DNA of 64,000 nucleotides from Acidobacteriota bacterium (GCA_965209055.1 OZ242374.1:4960001-5024000), one strand, 5' to 3'; positions 40,604 to 51,700 are shown, counted from the stretch's first letter. Notes: generated by a model from the sequence alone, not told the origin. Numbers and translations: made by a program.

Positions 40604-42261
40604 CCGCTCTTCGGCCGCCTGAGGGGGTCGACGGCGACCAATCCCGCGCTGCGAAAGCCGAACACCTTGGCGTTGAAGAGACGAAAGTGCAGACGCACAA
40701 TCTTCCCGGCCAGATCTTCGATTCCCCCGGCGTCCTTCCAGACCAGCGGAACCCAAATTCGGTTCCCTGAAATGGGTTGAGCCCGGTAGACCTTCCGGTC
40801 CGGATCCCCCTCCACCATCAGCTCGACGGCCACTGATCCCGAATCACCGTGGGTCCTGAGGTTGACCTCTACCGGTTTGCCCTGGAAGCGGAAGCGCTGG
40901 GTCGTGAACTGGCCCTCCTGTCCGGCCTCGATGCCGGCCAGACGGCCATCCTCCCAGGTGGCCCAGCCAATCCCCCGAGGCCAATTCCGATCCTTCTGGA
41001 AACGGACCTTCCACCACTCGTTGTGGGACCAACTGCTTCCGACGATGGGAACCGCCATACGGCCGTCAGGCAGTTGCACCATGGAGGGGACGGCGTACAT
41101 GGAGCCGCCGGCCCATCCCCCCGGCTTGCCCAACTCCACGATGGACTCGCGGCTCACCCAATTCCAGACGATGCCGTCGAGGCTCGTGGCCAGCCGCAGG
41201 TCGACCAGGCTCGTGTCCCGATGATAGATGGCGGTCAGCATCAGGTGGGTGTTCTCCGTCCCCGGGTAGTGGAGGTAGGTGTTGTTGTAGAAGTCATCGG
41301 ACGGCGACTCTTCAGGTCCGGGAGTCAGGACCAGGTTGGGATGGGGCCACCGGCGAAAGTCCGAGGTCTCGGCTCGGGCGATGCTGCGGCGGCGGGGATA
41401 GTTCTGCCGCATCAGCATCACGTACTTTTTCAACTTGCCGTCGAAGTAGATGCTGGGACCGCCGTCGCTGTTGAAATAGGTGTCCCAGAGCGGTTCCGGA
41501 AGGCGTTTCCAGTGGATCCCGTCGGCCGAGACGGCCGCTCCCATGATTCCGCCCATGCTCTTGGCATTCGGCTTGTACAACCGGATATTGGTGAGGCTGG
41601 CGGTCTTGTACCGCTCCTCGGGAGGAGCGTTGGGATCGACGAAGATGTGCCCGTTGATTCCGGCCAGACCGTTGAGGGTGATCAGGTTGTTGTCCCGGCT
41701 CCCCTCGAACTCCACCATGCCCATGGAGACTCGTTTCCAGTTCAGGCCGTCCTCTGACTCCGCATAGCACACCCCGGAGCCTCCTCCTTCCGATCCCAGT
41801 TTCAAGCGGCCGTCGGGAGCCACGACTGCACGGTCTCGTACGGTCCACCCGCAGCCATACCAGAGACGGTAGCGGCCGTCCTCTTGGATCACGGTCCTCG
41901 GCCCGATGCCGCTTCTTTCCCAAGGTTTCTCCGGTTTGAGCCAGGGACCGTCCAGCCGGCCCTTCTCGATGGCGATCTTCACGCCGCTGGCGGCCCGTAT
42001 TCTCCGGGAGGCGGTGGGTCCCTCGGAGATGACCATGGTGACCTTGTAGTAGTCGTGCACTTTGGCGATCAGTTGACGATCGTGCACGCTCACATGAGTC
42101 AGATCGACCGGGAAGATGGCGTTTCCCGGATCCACTTTGGTCCAGTCGGTGAAGATATGGGTCACCACCGGGGAAGAGTCTTCCTGGGGCAGGGAGATTC
42201 CCCACGTGAGACTGCAGACCATCCCCGCCAGAATCGGATTGAAGCGGCGTTTCTTGTTCAT
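40600..42261 (-). CDS. Exported beta-propeller glycoside-hydrolase-like protein
   Basis: Signal peptide, YAESEDGLNW and SADGIHW Asp-box-like repeats. Confidence 0.7.
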   Translation of the reverse strand: MNKKRRFNPILAGMVCSLTWGISLPQEDSSPVVTHIFTDWTKVDPGNAIFPVDLTHVSVHDRQLIAKVHDYYKVTMVISEGPTASRRIRAASGVKIAIEKGRLDGPWLKPEKPWERSGIGPRTVIQEDGRYRLWYGCGWTVRDRAVVAPDGRLKLGSEGGGSGVCYAESEDGLNWKRVSMGMVEFEGSRDNNLITLNGLAGINGHIFVDPNAPPEERYKTASLTNIRLYKPNAKSMGGIMGAAVSADGIHWKRLPEPLWDTYFNSDGGPSIYFDGKLKKYVMLMRQNYPRRRSIARAETSDFRRWPHPNLVLTPGPEESPSDDFYNNTYLHYPGTENTHLMLTAIYHRDTSLVDLRLATSLDGIVWNWVSRESIVELGKPGGWAGGSMYAVPSMVQLPDGRMAVPIVGSSWSHNEWWKVRFQKDRNWPRGIGWATWEDGRLAGIEAGQEGQFTTQRFRFQGKPVEVNLRTHGDSGSVAVELMVEGDPDRKVYRAQPISGNRIWVPLVWKDAGGIEDLAGKIVRLHFRLFNAKVFGFRSAGLVAVDPLRRPKSG

Positions 42262-42353
42262 TTAAGTCGTGTTCCTCGGTAGTTGCGTCAGCACCAATTG
42301 AGATTTCGTCCTGGCCGGCCACTCTGTTGCAGACCGCGCAGGGGATGGAGGAT

Positions 42354-43853
42354 CTACCGGAATCTCAAGGAGTAGAGGTCCGCGTCCTGCATCACGAAGC
42401 GCAGCTTCACGGGGTCGCCCGCGATCCGGCGCATCAACTGTTCAGAGGTTTTCCGCGAACGGCTGCGGTCCCAACGGACGGTATGTTCGATCTCGTCGCC
42501 CCACACGATGGGAGATTCCTCCAGGCTGAAGCCCGGCATCGGATTGCCGAAGATGTCCTGAATCTCAATCTGAATGCTTCCGGCCGCGGAGGTCGCGAAA
42601 TTCAGAACCAGGGAGTCGCCGTCGAAGGTCAACGGCTTCGTGACCAATTCGCCTTCCTCCGCTCCGGCATTTGCGGAGGAGAACCCGTCGGTGCGCAGTA
42701 CGAACCGTTCCAGATGGACACTGGGAAAGGTGTAGTGGCGCTGCACGTAAAGAGAGAGTTCGTCCGGTCCGGTGGGGACCAAGCCCGTCGCCGGCGTGTT
42801 GGCGCGATGAATCCAGTTCCGGACGTGGCGGCCGGGCCGGATGAACGCCTCCATGAAGGTTCGCCGCCAGTGCTGTCCATCCCGGCTGCTGAGGAGAACC
42901 ACGTCCGAAGCTCCCGCATACCGCTGGGACCTGAAGGGCGCCAGAGTGCGCCAGGGGACCATCCGCCGGGGGAAAGCCAGAAAGATGTGGGGCGCCCGAA
43001 AATAGGGGTTCGCGGCATTTGTATAGAAATGCTCGGGCTGTGTGTCCCCCACGTCGATGAATTCGGGCGGGGTCCAGTGGATGAAATCGGGAGATGTGGA
43101 CCGTACGACCTCCCGGACCCTCTGGCCCCGGAGTCCCCGAAGATAAGCAACGTATTCCTCCCGCTCCGAATCCCAGAAGGCCAGATCGCCGCCCCAATCC
43201 ACGGCTTGGGTGATGAGGGGCTCGTCCTGAATGAGACGCCAGTGAATCCCGTCGGCGGACACCACCCCCATGACGTGTTTCAGGCCCGGACTATGGTAGT
43301 TGGCCAAGGCCTTGTAACGCTGATCTTCGGGGGCCTGGGGATTCTCGTCCCTGAATGCCATGAAGCAGTGGGCCGGGTCTCCGTGGGCCCCGGTCCAGAC
43401 GATGTTGTTGTCTCTGGATCCATTGAACTCGAACAGCCCCAGGGAGGGTCGGGTCCAATGGACTCCGTCCCGGCTCTCGGCATAGCAGGTGAATGAGGGA
43501 TGGTCGGGCGTGACTGTTTCCCCCGGCTCCAGCATGGAATGGACGGTCAGACCCTTCGCGAAATGGGTGCTGCCGCGGTAATACATGCGATACCGGTCCC
43601 CATCCTTGAAAACCGAGATGTAGTCGCTCGTCCCACCTTCCCAAGGACGGTCGAAAGAAAGGACCTTGCCGGCGGAACGGGGGGGATGAAGCTTCAACTC
43701 CACGCCCCTCATGGACTCGATCAGGGTGTCGTCGACAAACAACTCCAGGCGCGAACCCAGTTCCAGCGGTTTCACGTCATCCGTGTTTCGAGCCGGAGAG
43801 AAGTGGAGGAAAAGAAAGCTCAGCAGACCGGCGGCAACCGCGCGAAATTTCAT
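42354..43853 (-). CDS. Exported beta-propeller glycoside-hydrolase-like protein
   Basis: ELFVDD, YAESRDGVHW, LRTDGF, DADLYSLRF. Confidence 0.75.
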   Translation of the reverse strand: MKFRAVAAGLLSFLFLHFSPARNTDDVKPLELGSRLELFVDDTLIESMRGVELKLHPPRSAGKVLSFDRPWEGGTSDYISVFKDGDRYRMYYRGSTHFAKGLTVHSMLEPGETVTPDHPSFTCYAESRDGVHWTRPSLGLFEFNGSRDNNIVWTGAHGDPAHCFMAFRDENPQAPEDQRYKALANYHSPGLKHVMGVVSADGIHWRLIQDEPLITQAVDWGGDLAFWDSEREEYVAYLRGLRGQRVREVVRSTSPDFIHWTPPEFIDVGDTQPEHFYTNAANPYFRAPHIFLAFPRRMVPWRTLAPFRSQRYAGASDVVLLSSRDGQHWRRTFMEAFIRPGRHVRNWIHRANTPATGLVPTGPDELSLYVQRHYTFPSVHLERFVLRTDGFSSANAGAEEGELVTKPLTFDGDSLVLNFATSAAGSIQIEIQDIFGNPMPGFSLEESPIVWGDEIEHTVRWDRSRSRKTSEQLMRRIAGDPVKLRFVMQDADLYSLRFR

Positions 43854-43944
43854 CGCTTCATCCTACACGAGCGGCGGAAGAACCCGTGCACAAACCGGAG
43901 CCGCCCCGCCGCAACGCGCGATTCAATCGTCAGGGAAGGAGGGA

Positions 43945-44020
43945 TGGTAGCCCCAACGGGAGTCGAACCCGTGTTACCGCCTTGAGAGGGCGGCGTCCTA
44001 GGCCACTAGACGATGGGGCC
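43945..44020 (-). tRNA. tRNA-Glu(CTC)
   Basis: GGCCCCATCGTCTAGTGG...CTCTCAA...GGTTCGACTCC...GGGGCTACCA, 76 nt with encoded CCA. Confidence 0.97.
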
Positions 44021-44037
44021 ACCTGACGAAGACGAAT

Positions 44038-44065
44038 TTTTTACCAAGCCGGGCTGAGTTGTCAA
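44038..44065 (-). promoter_or_regulatory. Sigma70-type promoter of tRNA-Glu
   Basis: TTGACA (44065-44060), 16-nt spacer, TG-G-TAAAAA. Confidence 0.55.
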
Positions 44066-44125
44066 TCTCGGGGACGGTGAGACCGTCGGGATGAACCGGC
44101 CAGAATCGAGGACGTTGCAATGGAT

Positions 44126-45736
44126 TCAGACCCTCAATTTCTCGGCGACGAGCGCCTCGATCTTGGGATCCACGACCGCCGTCTCCGCCAGAAGCTTGAG
44201 GAAACGGTCCCTGTCCACTGCCGTATCGACGGCTTTGGCTTCACCTGGGAACACGATCTCCATTCCGCCCCGCGCGACCTCGAGACGATAGTCGCCGCGC
44301 CCCAGTTTCACCCGCGTCTCGATGCAGTCCCAAGCTTGCTTCCGGGCCAGTTTTAGGGCGGCTGAACGCTGGCGGGCGCTCCAGCTTCCGACGAACCACT
44401 CGGCGAGGGGTTTCGGACGTTCCGGCGCCGGTCCCAGGTCGAAGCCGGTGGCGGCCATCCCATGGCTAAGGGTCGCCATGCGATGGGAGACTGCCCGGGA
44501 AGCCGCCGGTCCGCCCCGGTGTGACATCGGCAACGACAACCATCCGGACCGGGCGCCGAACAGGACTGCGGCTGCCAGCCAGTCCTCTTCAGTCAGTTCG
44601 GGCGTCCGGAATTCCAGCAGTTCGGCACAGGTACGCCGCAGGAACAGCAACGACATCGCCCGAGGCAGCGGGGTCGAGTACTTGCGCCACAAATCGGAGG
44701 CTCGAAACTCCCCCAATCCGGTCAGGGACTCCAGGTCGTCCTGAAGTCCCCGGACCCGCTCCCGCAATTGGGATGAGATCCGCGTCGAGACGTCACCGAG
44801 GTACTCGAGCAGTGCGGCAGCCGCGTCGTCCCGGTCTCCGGCACCGGTCTCCCGCGCAAGCCTGCCAACGGCGCCCCAGAACAACCTCCTCCATGCGTTC
44901 CGCCCGTCGGAGTCGGAAATCGACTCTGCCGACAGCCGCGGTCCGGCGCCGGAGCGCATCCAGGATTCCAATCCCGCCAGGATTGAGCCCGTCAACTCGG
45001 GCGCGGGTTCGGGCGGCGGATCAAAGGAAATCCGACCAGCCGCAACGCCCAAGGGCTCACTCCGAGCGTCCATCCCGGCCGCGCTGCGATTGCTCGTCAG
45101 CCGCAGCATCGCCATGACCCCGCCGGCGGCCTGAGCGGGACCCAAGACGGCTTCCCGAGCGTCAGGAACCCGTTCCGGAGGCCAGGCATCCTTCGACGCA
45201 TTCGAGAATCGTGGATTGTCCGTCCTGGTGCTGAACTCGCTCCAGGGCACGTTGGCGTAGTCCCGGGCACCCCTCTCGCACGCCTTCCGTTCCTCCACCG
45301 ACCGAAACAGGATCTTCTCGATGGCAGATGTGGGGAGTGGCGCCGGGAGGAACAGCAACTCGGCCTTGCCCACTTCGTCGGGGAAACGGCGTTCCTGAAG
45401 ATTTCCCGACTCGAGAGAGAACACCCGTCCGGCGAACTCCTTGAGGGAAATCCTCACGATGCACGGTTTCAGGTGTTTCGCCTCGACGAGGGAGTGGTCG
45501 ACGGCTCCACGGCGGGCCTTGCCGGTGAACAACGGGATCCAGCCGGGGGAGCAGTCGAGGGTGTCCCGGTAGTACTTGTTCCCGAACCCGGCGGGAGGCA
45601 ACAAGAGGCCCGCCCCCAGCATGTACATCAGATTCAGGTGATTGGTAACCAGGTAGCCCGCCGCCGGACCTTGCCCCTTGATGAGGGTTGCGGATGGCTG
45701 TCCCATGGTGCTCAACAGAGATCCCTGAGTCGTCAA
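44126..45736 (-). CDS. Hypothetical 536-aa protein with a possible ART/DarT-like N-terminal fold
   Basis: Translationally coupled last gene of the helicase operon; YLVTNHLNLMYMLGAGLLLP, WIPLF, AELLFLPAPLPTSAIEKILF. Confidence 0.75.
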   Translation of the reverse strand: MTTQGSLLSTMGQPSATLIKGQGPAAGYLVTNHLNLMYMLGAGLLLPPAGFGNKYYRDTLDCSPGWIPLFTGKARRGAVDHSLVEAKHLKPCIVRISLKEFAGRVFSLESGNLQERRFPDEVGKAELLFLPAPLPTSAIEKILFRSVEERKACERGARDYANVPWSEFSTRTDNPRFSNASKDAWPPERVPDAREAVLGPAQAAGGVMAMLRLTSNRSAAGMDARSEPLGVAAGRISFDPPPEPAPELTGSILAGLESWMRSGAGPRLSAESISDSDGRNAWRRLFWGAVGRLARETGAGDRDDAAAALLEYLGDVSTRISSQLRERVRGLQDDLESLTGLGEFRASDLWRKYSTPLPRAMSLLFLRRTCAELLEFRTPELTEEDWLAAAVLFGARSGWLSLPMSHRGGPAASRAVSHRMATLSHGMAATGFDLGPAPERPKPLAEWFVGSWSARQRSAALKLARKQAWDCIETRVKLGRGDYRLEVARGGMEIVFPGEAKAVDTAVDRDRFLKLLAETAVVDPKIEALVAEKLRV

Positions 45737-46911
45737 CTTCCCTTGCTCCCGCCAATAAATCCTCTCCGAAGAACTTCGGGATCGTCAGGCAGTATCTCTT
45801 CGATTCGACTTTCGACCCCGCTCTGACGGAGCAGAACCACCCGCTCTCGCGCTCGGGCCACCATGACGTAGAAGAGCTTCATCGCCGCCTCCCGATCGTC
45901 AGGCCGATAGAAGTGCCGGTCGATGTCGGCCAGCACGGCGACATCGAACTCCAGGCCCTTGCAGGCCTGGCAGTTGATGACCAGGATGCCGCCTTCGTCG
46001 AACCGCACTTCGGGCCGATGGCTCCCGTAGAAGGATTCGATAGCCGGAGGATCATGGTCCAGGGCGGCTCCTTCCACGGAGCACAGCCCGTCGAGATAAC
46101 GCTGACGGACATCGTTGTTCGGAGCGAGGACGCCGACCATCGTCCTCGGATCGCGATCGGCGAGCCGGACGATCCGGCGGCAGACCTCCGCAAGACGCTC
46201 CGGCGGATAATCGATGAGCCACGCGGGCAACCCCTGGCGCCCCGGCAATGCCGGTCGCGGGCTGGCAGGATCACCCGTGTAGAACGCGCGAGCCAGCTTG
46301 GCCACCGGCGCGCTGTTGCGATAGTTGTGGGTCAATTCGACGACGTCCTTCGTGTCGATGCCCAGTTCCGTTTCAAGGTCCTTGCGGCTGCTGTGGGCCT
46401 CGGTGATCTGTTGATTCTGATCTGCCGCCACGAAGAACTGTTCGAAGCCCAGCATGACCAGCGACCGGTAAAACTGTGGCGGCATGTCCTGACCCTCGTC
46501 GATTACAAGGTACGGAGCATTCTTGACAGGCCCTACCTGTTTCACGAGATCCGAAACGGCGTCCCAGTCGATGGGTTGGAAACCACCGGGAGGATCGGCA
46601 CGCTTGGTCGGCAGCAGTTGGCCGGTAATTTCCCAGATCTTCCGGCCAAACCACTTTATCCAAGTGGTGCTCGACAGCGTCTCTCCAGCGAGTTGGTCGC
46701 TCCAACGGTGGAGCAGATGATTGTGGACCAGGAAAACATGAGGGTCACCATCCCTGGCGTGACGCAGGACCCGAATCAGCGCCAACACCGTCTTCCCGGT
46801 CCCCGGGCCGCCGACGATCAGATGCTGGCCATTCTTGGACAGGGCCAGAGCCGCTTCCTGTTGCTTGCTCAGGTCCTGGATGCCCGGCAGTTCAAACCGG
46901 CGCTTCGCCAT
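45733..46911 (-). CDS. Compact superfamily 1 (UvrD/Rep-like) helicase, 392 aa
   Basis: GGPGTGKT, VIDEGQD, DQNQ, LTHNYRN, KGLEFD, YVMVARAR. Confidence 0.9.
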   Translation of the reverse strand: MAKRRFELPGIQDLSKQQEAALALSKNGQHLIVGGPGTGKTVLALIRVLRHARDGDPHVFLVHNHLLHRWSDQLAGETLSSTTWIKWFGRKIWEITGQLLPTKRADPPGGFQPIDWDAVSDLVKQVGPVKNAPYLVIDEGQDMPPQFYRSLVMLGFEQFFVAADQNQQITEAHSSRKDLETELGIDTKDVVELTHNYRNSAPVAKLARAFYTGDPASPRPALPGRQGLPAWLIDYPPERLAEVCRRIVRLADRDPRTMVGVLAPNNDVRQRYLDGLCSVEGAALDHDPPAIESFYGSHRPEVRFDEGGILVINCQACKGLEFDVAVLADIDRHFYRPDDREAAMKLFYVMVARARERVVLLRQSGVESRIEEILPDDPEVLRRGFIGGSKGS

Positions 46912-46912
46912 G

Positions 46913-48793
46913 TCAGCCTCGCTGTTCCGGACCTTCCACGATGTCGAACAGCCCCGTAATGCCGCCGGCGACTTCCGTGACGAAGGCGCGATCCAACAGC
47001 ACGTTGCCGAAGGCGCAACTCGTCTCCGGAAGCAGGGCGCAGGCATGGCAGGCAGCACGGTTCAGGAGCCCGGGACCGTGACCTTCCTGCCGGGCGCAGA
47101 CCGGATCCAGCGAGCACCATTCGGCCGCCTCGACCGCCGAACTCAACAGTCGGATGAACCGGCTCGGCTCGGCCTGACTCATCAAACCGCCCAGGGAACC
47201 TTCCGTGTCCGGCACGGCGACATAGATCAGGACTCCCGCCATCGACCCGGAGTCCACAGCGCCCCCGTTCTGACAATAGATGCGTTCGCGCAACGACGCA
47301 GCAGGATATCCGGCCTTTGTCTCCAGTTCCCGGATCATCAGGTGAGCCAGCGTGTGCAGAAGCAGGAAGCGGGGAGAAACCGTTGGAGGTCCCATCGGTG
47401 AACGGATGCCCGACCCATTGAACCGGTCGAGAAATATCCGGGCGCGGTCCCGAACCTGCCGGTCCGCCTCCCATCGCCTCATAAACGACTCGCGCAAGGT
47501 GAAGAAGATCCCCTCTCCGTAGAGTTCCAGAGCCGGCAGCCAGTCGGCCATCCCGGCGAGATCCGGCGGTGTCATCCGGCCTTCGAGACGCCGGAACCCA
47601 TCGAGCACCAGGATCTCCTTGAGCCGGTTGACGGCGATCAGCCGGTCCACGGCGGTGATCAGCCGGGCGGCGGTTCCCTGCAGCTTTCCTCCGAGATCGG
47701 ACCAAGCCCGCGTGTGATGTTCGGTGACGAAGTCCTCGTCCTCATGAAGGTCCGGAATCTCCCCGATCAATGCCCGGTACTCGCTGCCGAGCAGATCCCC
47801 ATCGCCGGCGGATTTCCCGTAGAGCGGGTATCCACCCTCGATCTCCTCGAGCGCTTCCTCGACTTCATCGATGCCGCAACCCCACTCGGCGGCGATTCGC
47901 CCGAGAGTCGTCCTTCGCTGCAGCTCGGTCCGGCAGTCCCGGATCTCCTCCTTCCGGTCCGTGCTGCTGTAGAGCCGGTCCACCACGGTTCCCTTGCGGA
48001 TGCGGGATTCAGGGGGGATGACCAACGCGGTCCGGGTCTCCGGCGAGTGGACGCGAACGTCGCCGATCTCCAGGATCCAGGCCAATCCCTCCGGCCTCTC
48101 CTCGGGGGGTTTGCGCAGCCACGGCTGCTGCCATTCGTGGCCGAAATAGGGAAAGCGCGACGCAATGGGACCGGAGGCGCGGCATCTCGTACAAAGAACC
48201 CGGTAACCCCACTCGGCAGGTTGGATCTGCAGGTACGGACTCTTCCAATCCGCCGGACACGCCCTTGAAGCCGCGCGTCTCGGCTCGGGGTGCGCCAGAG
48301 CATGCCAGGGCACGTCCGCCAGGTAGCCGTGTTCGTGCGCCAGCACCCAGGGGACCTGTTCCAGCTTGCCCCCGCAGACCGGATCGTCGCCACCCATCCG
48401 ATGGTGCGGTGCGGGACCCGAGCAGCGGGACGGGTCGATCTGCACTTCGCCGCGTGTTTCGGTCCGGTCGGTTCGGGCGCGCCGCCACGGGAGATGATGG
48501 AGCAGGCCGCACCTGGAGCACCGCGTCCAGGCCGGAAAGCGCATGGCCGGAATGGCGTGTCCGGAAACCCGGCCGTTGTTCTCCACCTTCGCCTTCGGCG
48601 GCGTGCGCAGGGCCTTGTCGATCTTCAGGGCGCGGCGCACCCGCTCGACGTGGCGAATCCCCTGTTCGTCGCTGCCCTTCCAGAATGTCGTGTCCTTCAC
48701 CGTCACCAGGTGATCCGGCCCCCGGACCACCGCGCCCACGGAACAGTGCCGCAGCAGGTGCGATAGCCGCACCGGCATGGCTTCGTCAGTCAT
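46913..48793 (-). CDS. DrmB-like DUF1998 protein
   Basis: LLHTLAHLMIREL, CSLDPVC, AACHAC..LPETSC. Confidence 0.9.
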   Translation of the reverse strand: MTDEAMPVRLSHLLRHCSVGAVVRGPDHLVTVKDTTFWKGSDEQGIRHVERVRRALKIDKALRTPPKAKVENNGRVSGHAIPAMRFPAWTRCSRCGLLHHLPWRRARTDRTETRGEVQIDPSRCSGPAPHHRMGGDDPVCGGKLEQVPWVLAHEHGYLADVPWHALAHPEPRRAASRACPADWKSPYLQIQPAEWGYRVLCTRCRASGPIASRFPYFGHEWQQPWLRKPPEERPEGLAWILEIGDVRVHSPETRTALVIPPESRIRKGTVVDRLYSSTDRKEEIRDCRTELQRRTTLGRIAAEWGCGIDEVEEALEEIEGGYPLYGKSAGDGDLLGSEYRALIGEIPDLHEDEDFVTEHHTRAWSDLGGKLQGTAARLITAVDRLIAVNRLKEILVLDGFRRLEGRMTPPDLAGMADWLPALELYGEGIFFTLRESFMRRWEADRQVRDRARIFLDRFNGSGIRSPMGPPTVSPRFLLLHTLAHLMIRELETKAGYPAASLRERIYCQNGGAVDSGSMAGVLIYVAVPDTEGSLGGLMSQAEPSRFIRLLSSAVEAAEWCSLDPVCARQEGHGPGLLNRAACHACALLPETSCAFGNVLLDRAFVTEVAGGITGLFDIVEGPEQRG

Positions 48794-51700
48794 CGCGTTG
48801 CAACACTCCCGTGTCCTCGACGTTGCGCATGGAGTTCAGCGTCCGCCACAGCCCCCGGGAAGGCGGGTCGTCGAATTGGCGCAATAGGCCGTCTGCGGAT
48901 CGATCATTCGCCTGGTAGCTCAGCCGTCGCCTCTGCCGCTCGCAACGCCGCGCTTCCTGGTGCCATCGTTCGGCGAGCCGGTCGAGGTGGCGGCCCGAGA
49001 TCTCGCCCCGAGCCTCGTCGGCTTCCCGGCAACGGCGCTTCAATCGCCGGATCACCTCCCTCACCCGGTCGTCGTTGGCGTCGAATGCGCCGGCGTCCTC
49101 GTTCCGACTCCAGGCGTCGCACCCGTGGCGCAGAGCCGTCACCAGGGCGGCATGCAGGGCGCGGGTGCGGACCTGGTAGGTGAACGGCGTCACGCTGGTC
49201 GGCTCCACGAACCGGTAGAAGGACTCGTGGTAGGGACGGAAGTTCTCGTAGTGGGAGAGGCTGCGTGCCTGGTGGCGGTAATAGTTGGAGAAAACGAGGC
49301 CCGGGACGGCGGCGCGGCCGATTCGGCTGCTGGCCTGGACGTACTCGGCGGTGGTGAGCGGCTGGCCGTTGATGACCATCGCCGCCAACCGGTCGACGTC
49401 CACGCCCACCGAGATCATGTTCGTGGCCAGTACCGCGTCCAGGCAGTCCGGCTCGCCCCGGCGGCGATGCAACTGATCGAAGGTCCGGGCGTTCCGTTGC
49501 GGCGGCGAGAAACTGGTGAGCTGCACCACGTTCTGCCGCAACTCGGCCGCGCCTTCCGCGTCGGTCCGCTCGGGGTCGGCCGTCGAGTCACCGTCGGACC
49601 CTGCGCCGTCCCGGACCCCCTGTCTGTGTTCCCGGTCGAAACGCCGCACCAAGTCGCGCACCGAGGTCGCATAGGTGTTGTGGCTGTTGCCGACGCCTCG
49701 CAGGCTGCCGTGATAGATCACCTGGGTCCACCAGGCCTCCAGCAGGTCGTCCCGGTCCTGCTGATCCCGGAACACGGCCAACGGCGCGTGCAGCAGGGCG
49801 GCGGCCAACGGCGCCAGGCAGCGCCTCTGATCCAGCGCCGGCGCCAGGTAGCCGACGTAGAGACGGCCCGGCCTCGATGGATCCGTCCGCGCAAACCACG
49901 AATCCTCCGCCGAGAGGCCCGGCGGCGGAAACACGGCGAGCTCGCGCCCGTACAGCCGTCTCACCTGCTCCCGAGCCATGCGGATGGTGGCGGTCGACGC
50001 CACGTATTTGGGACGCACGCCGCGTTGCTCCAGCACCGTCTCCAACCCCGCCTCGTAGAGGCCGGCCACGGACCCGAGCGGTCCGGCGATGAGGTGGAGT
50101 TCGTCCTGGATCACCAGCTCCGGAGGGCGGCGGGGAGAGCGGCTCCCGGGCGGCCGTCTGCCGAGGAAGACCGAAGACCGTTCCTCCCAGGCCAAGCGGG
50201 CAAACTTGTCGATGGTGGCGATCAGGAGCGTCGGCGGGCGTTGATACAAGGCCTCGTCAACGACGTTGCAGGGCAGCGGCGCCGGCTCGTCCGACTCGCC
50301 GTCCGGACCGAACTCGCACTCGGGATTCCGGCACAGGAAGGCAAACGACTCCAGCGTTGCCCGGTAGCTCCGAGGCGCCTCGAACTCCCGATTGCACCAC
50401 GGACACGTTCTCAGCACGAGTTGGTGACCGGCGTCCTCATCGCCCGCCGCCAGTTCCTTCACGCAATCCTTCGCCTGCTGGCAGGTATTCGGACTCGCCG
50501 CGCGGCCGACCCACATGCCGACGGTGATGGGCTCATCGCCAAGCCGATCCGGATTCTCCCGGCGCAACAGCTCCAGGGCGCAGATGATGCGGGTCGCGCG
50601 CTCGAACTGCTGCCGGGTCAGCAGCCGCAGGGTGTAGCGCATCAGAACCGCCGCACCGCCGCCCATGGTCCCGTGTTGGAAGCGCCGCCACACGATCAGA
50701 AACGCGACCAGGCCCAGGTAGGCCTCCGTCTTGCCACCGCCCGTGGGAAACCAGATCAGGTCCAGCACGCCGCGGAAGTCGTCCTCCTCCCGGACGGTCG
50801 ACTCGATGACGGCCAGCAGAAAGGCGAGCTGGAACGGGCGCCACCGGTACTTCCGAGGGTCCCTCGGTTCGTCCCGCTTCCTTTCAGTCCGGTTGAGATC
50901 CTGCTGCCGCATCTGCGCCAACATCGCCCGATTGGCCTGCCGGAATGCGAACCTCGCCCCGGCATCGGTCCGGAGCAGCGCCACGCCCCGGCGCATGCGG
51001 TCCCGCGCCGTGGCCATCCGCCCGCAGATCCGCCCGGCAGTGTCCCGTTCCACCGCGGATTCCAGGTCATCGGCGTCGCGGGACTGCTCTCTGATCCAGC
51101 GCTCGTAGCCATCCACGAAAACGTCGAGCCGGTCCGCAACCGCTTCGGCGGAGGCTTCGGCCAGGTCCTTCATGACCAGGATGTCCTCATCCACACCCCG
51201 AGCTTTCACCGTCACGAGGGGCACGTCCACCTCTGGAATGAATCTGGTCCGGATCCTGGGGGGCGTCCCCGATTCGACGGTCCAGTCCACCGCCGCCCCA
51301 TGGCCCACCGCGTAGATGCGCTTGTCGCGATACTGAAGCTCGAGTTCCCGCTCTTCCTCCGTGAGCAGGCTCGGGTCGACGCGTGGGTACTCGGCCAACT
51401 CGCCGTTCACGACCTCGCATTCCAGACCCGCCTCGAACAGGCAGCGCTCGTCGCGGTCCTCACCGATTCGGGCCGGATTCCTGCGGTTCGCGAAGACCAC
51501 GGTGAGGATGCGGCCCTGCCCATGGGGCCGCTGGCGGACTTCGAGGAGCAGGTCTTCGGACTTCCTGGATTCGCCCCCGGTCCATTCCAGGGCGCATTCG
51601 AGGGACTTGCGCCGGTATTCGCGGCTCAGAAACCGTCCCTGATCATCCCTCTCACCCCTCCGTTCGTAAACGGCCGCGGATGCCGTGATGCGCAGTCTCA

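Noticed and set aside
43945-44126. tRNA-Glu as the integration site for the DrmAB operon
   Set aside because: The operon lies on the tRNA's 5' side, and I saw no integrase or duplicated tRNA fragment nearby
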